Of a stretch of DNA of 64,000 bases, positions 63,701-64,000 are shown piece by piece. The notes beneath the pieces were generated by a model that was not told the DNA's origin, did not search any database, and was given only the letters and a program-made list of their open reading frames with translations. The position numbers and the translations under genes were made by a program. Source of the DNA: Azolla caroliniana (lineage: Eukaryota > Plantae > Polypodiophyta). Position 1 is the stretch's first letter, and each line of letters begins with the position of its first letter. The stretch lies in assembly GCA_043228905.1 (NCBI GenBank), contig JBHGNT010000016.1:17360001-17424000 (forward strand), given 5' to 3'.

Positions 63701-64000
63701 GAGTTTGTACATGACAATTCATGATATTAGTTTTCAAAACTCGTGCCAAGATATACATCCACATGATACGCGAGGCATAACCAATAAAAGCCTAGGATGC
63801 ACTATTATCAATGGAAGCTTATCAACACACAAAACATATTACTTGAATGTTTGAATGCATGTGGTTACGTTATGCATATTAGTACATGGTTGATGATGGA
63901 GCCTTCTATCATCACTCTTCCTCTGTTCTGTTATGTATAAAGCAATGGCAATCGACCCTCAATTTCAAAGCAAAATCTCAACTAACATAGTGATGTAACC

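Noticed and set aside
58200-64000. ORFs 62175-62456 and 63230-63685 as genes
   Set aside because: The DNA is AT-rich, the starts are non-ATG and no motifs were recognised. Ancient transposon remnants cannot be excluded without a search.

Overview
Eukaryotic land-plant DNA, probably a non-seed plant such as a fern; this is inferred from a Tcn1-like chromovirus, the repeat landscape and the gene style. Bases 1-43.6 kb are a block of nested, mostly decayed retroelements: several Ty1/copia, three kinds of Ty3/gypsy and one RTE/RTEX-like LINE. Bases 43.6-64 kb are TE-poor, SSR-rich DNA carrying one intact host gene, a two-exon DTX48/ABS3-type MATE transporter (55419-57717, +). The most unusual feature lies between LTRs at about 4525-6774 (-). 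It is a decayed, intron-containing gene for a ParB/Srx-like domain fused to a prokaryote-type beta-class N4-cytosine/N6-adenine DNA methyltransferase (DIPYG ... W-x-KTN ... QKP ... VLELFSGT^GTT ... LEKD). Other notable signals are a chromovirus with a self-priming site, a -1 frameshift pseudoknot and an antisense tRNA-like cassette in its LTR, and two copia copies whose integrase cores are missing at positions compatible with splicing. All calls come from reading the sequence by eye; no searches were run.
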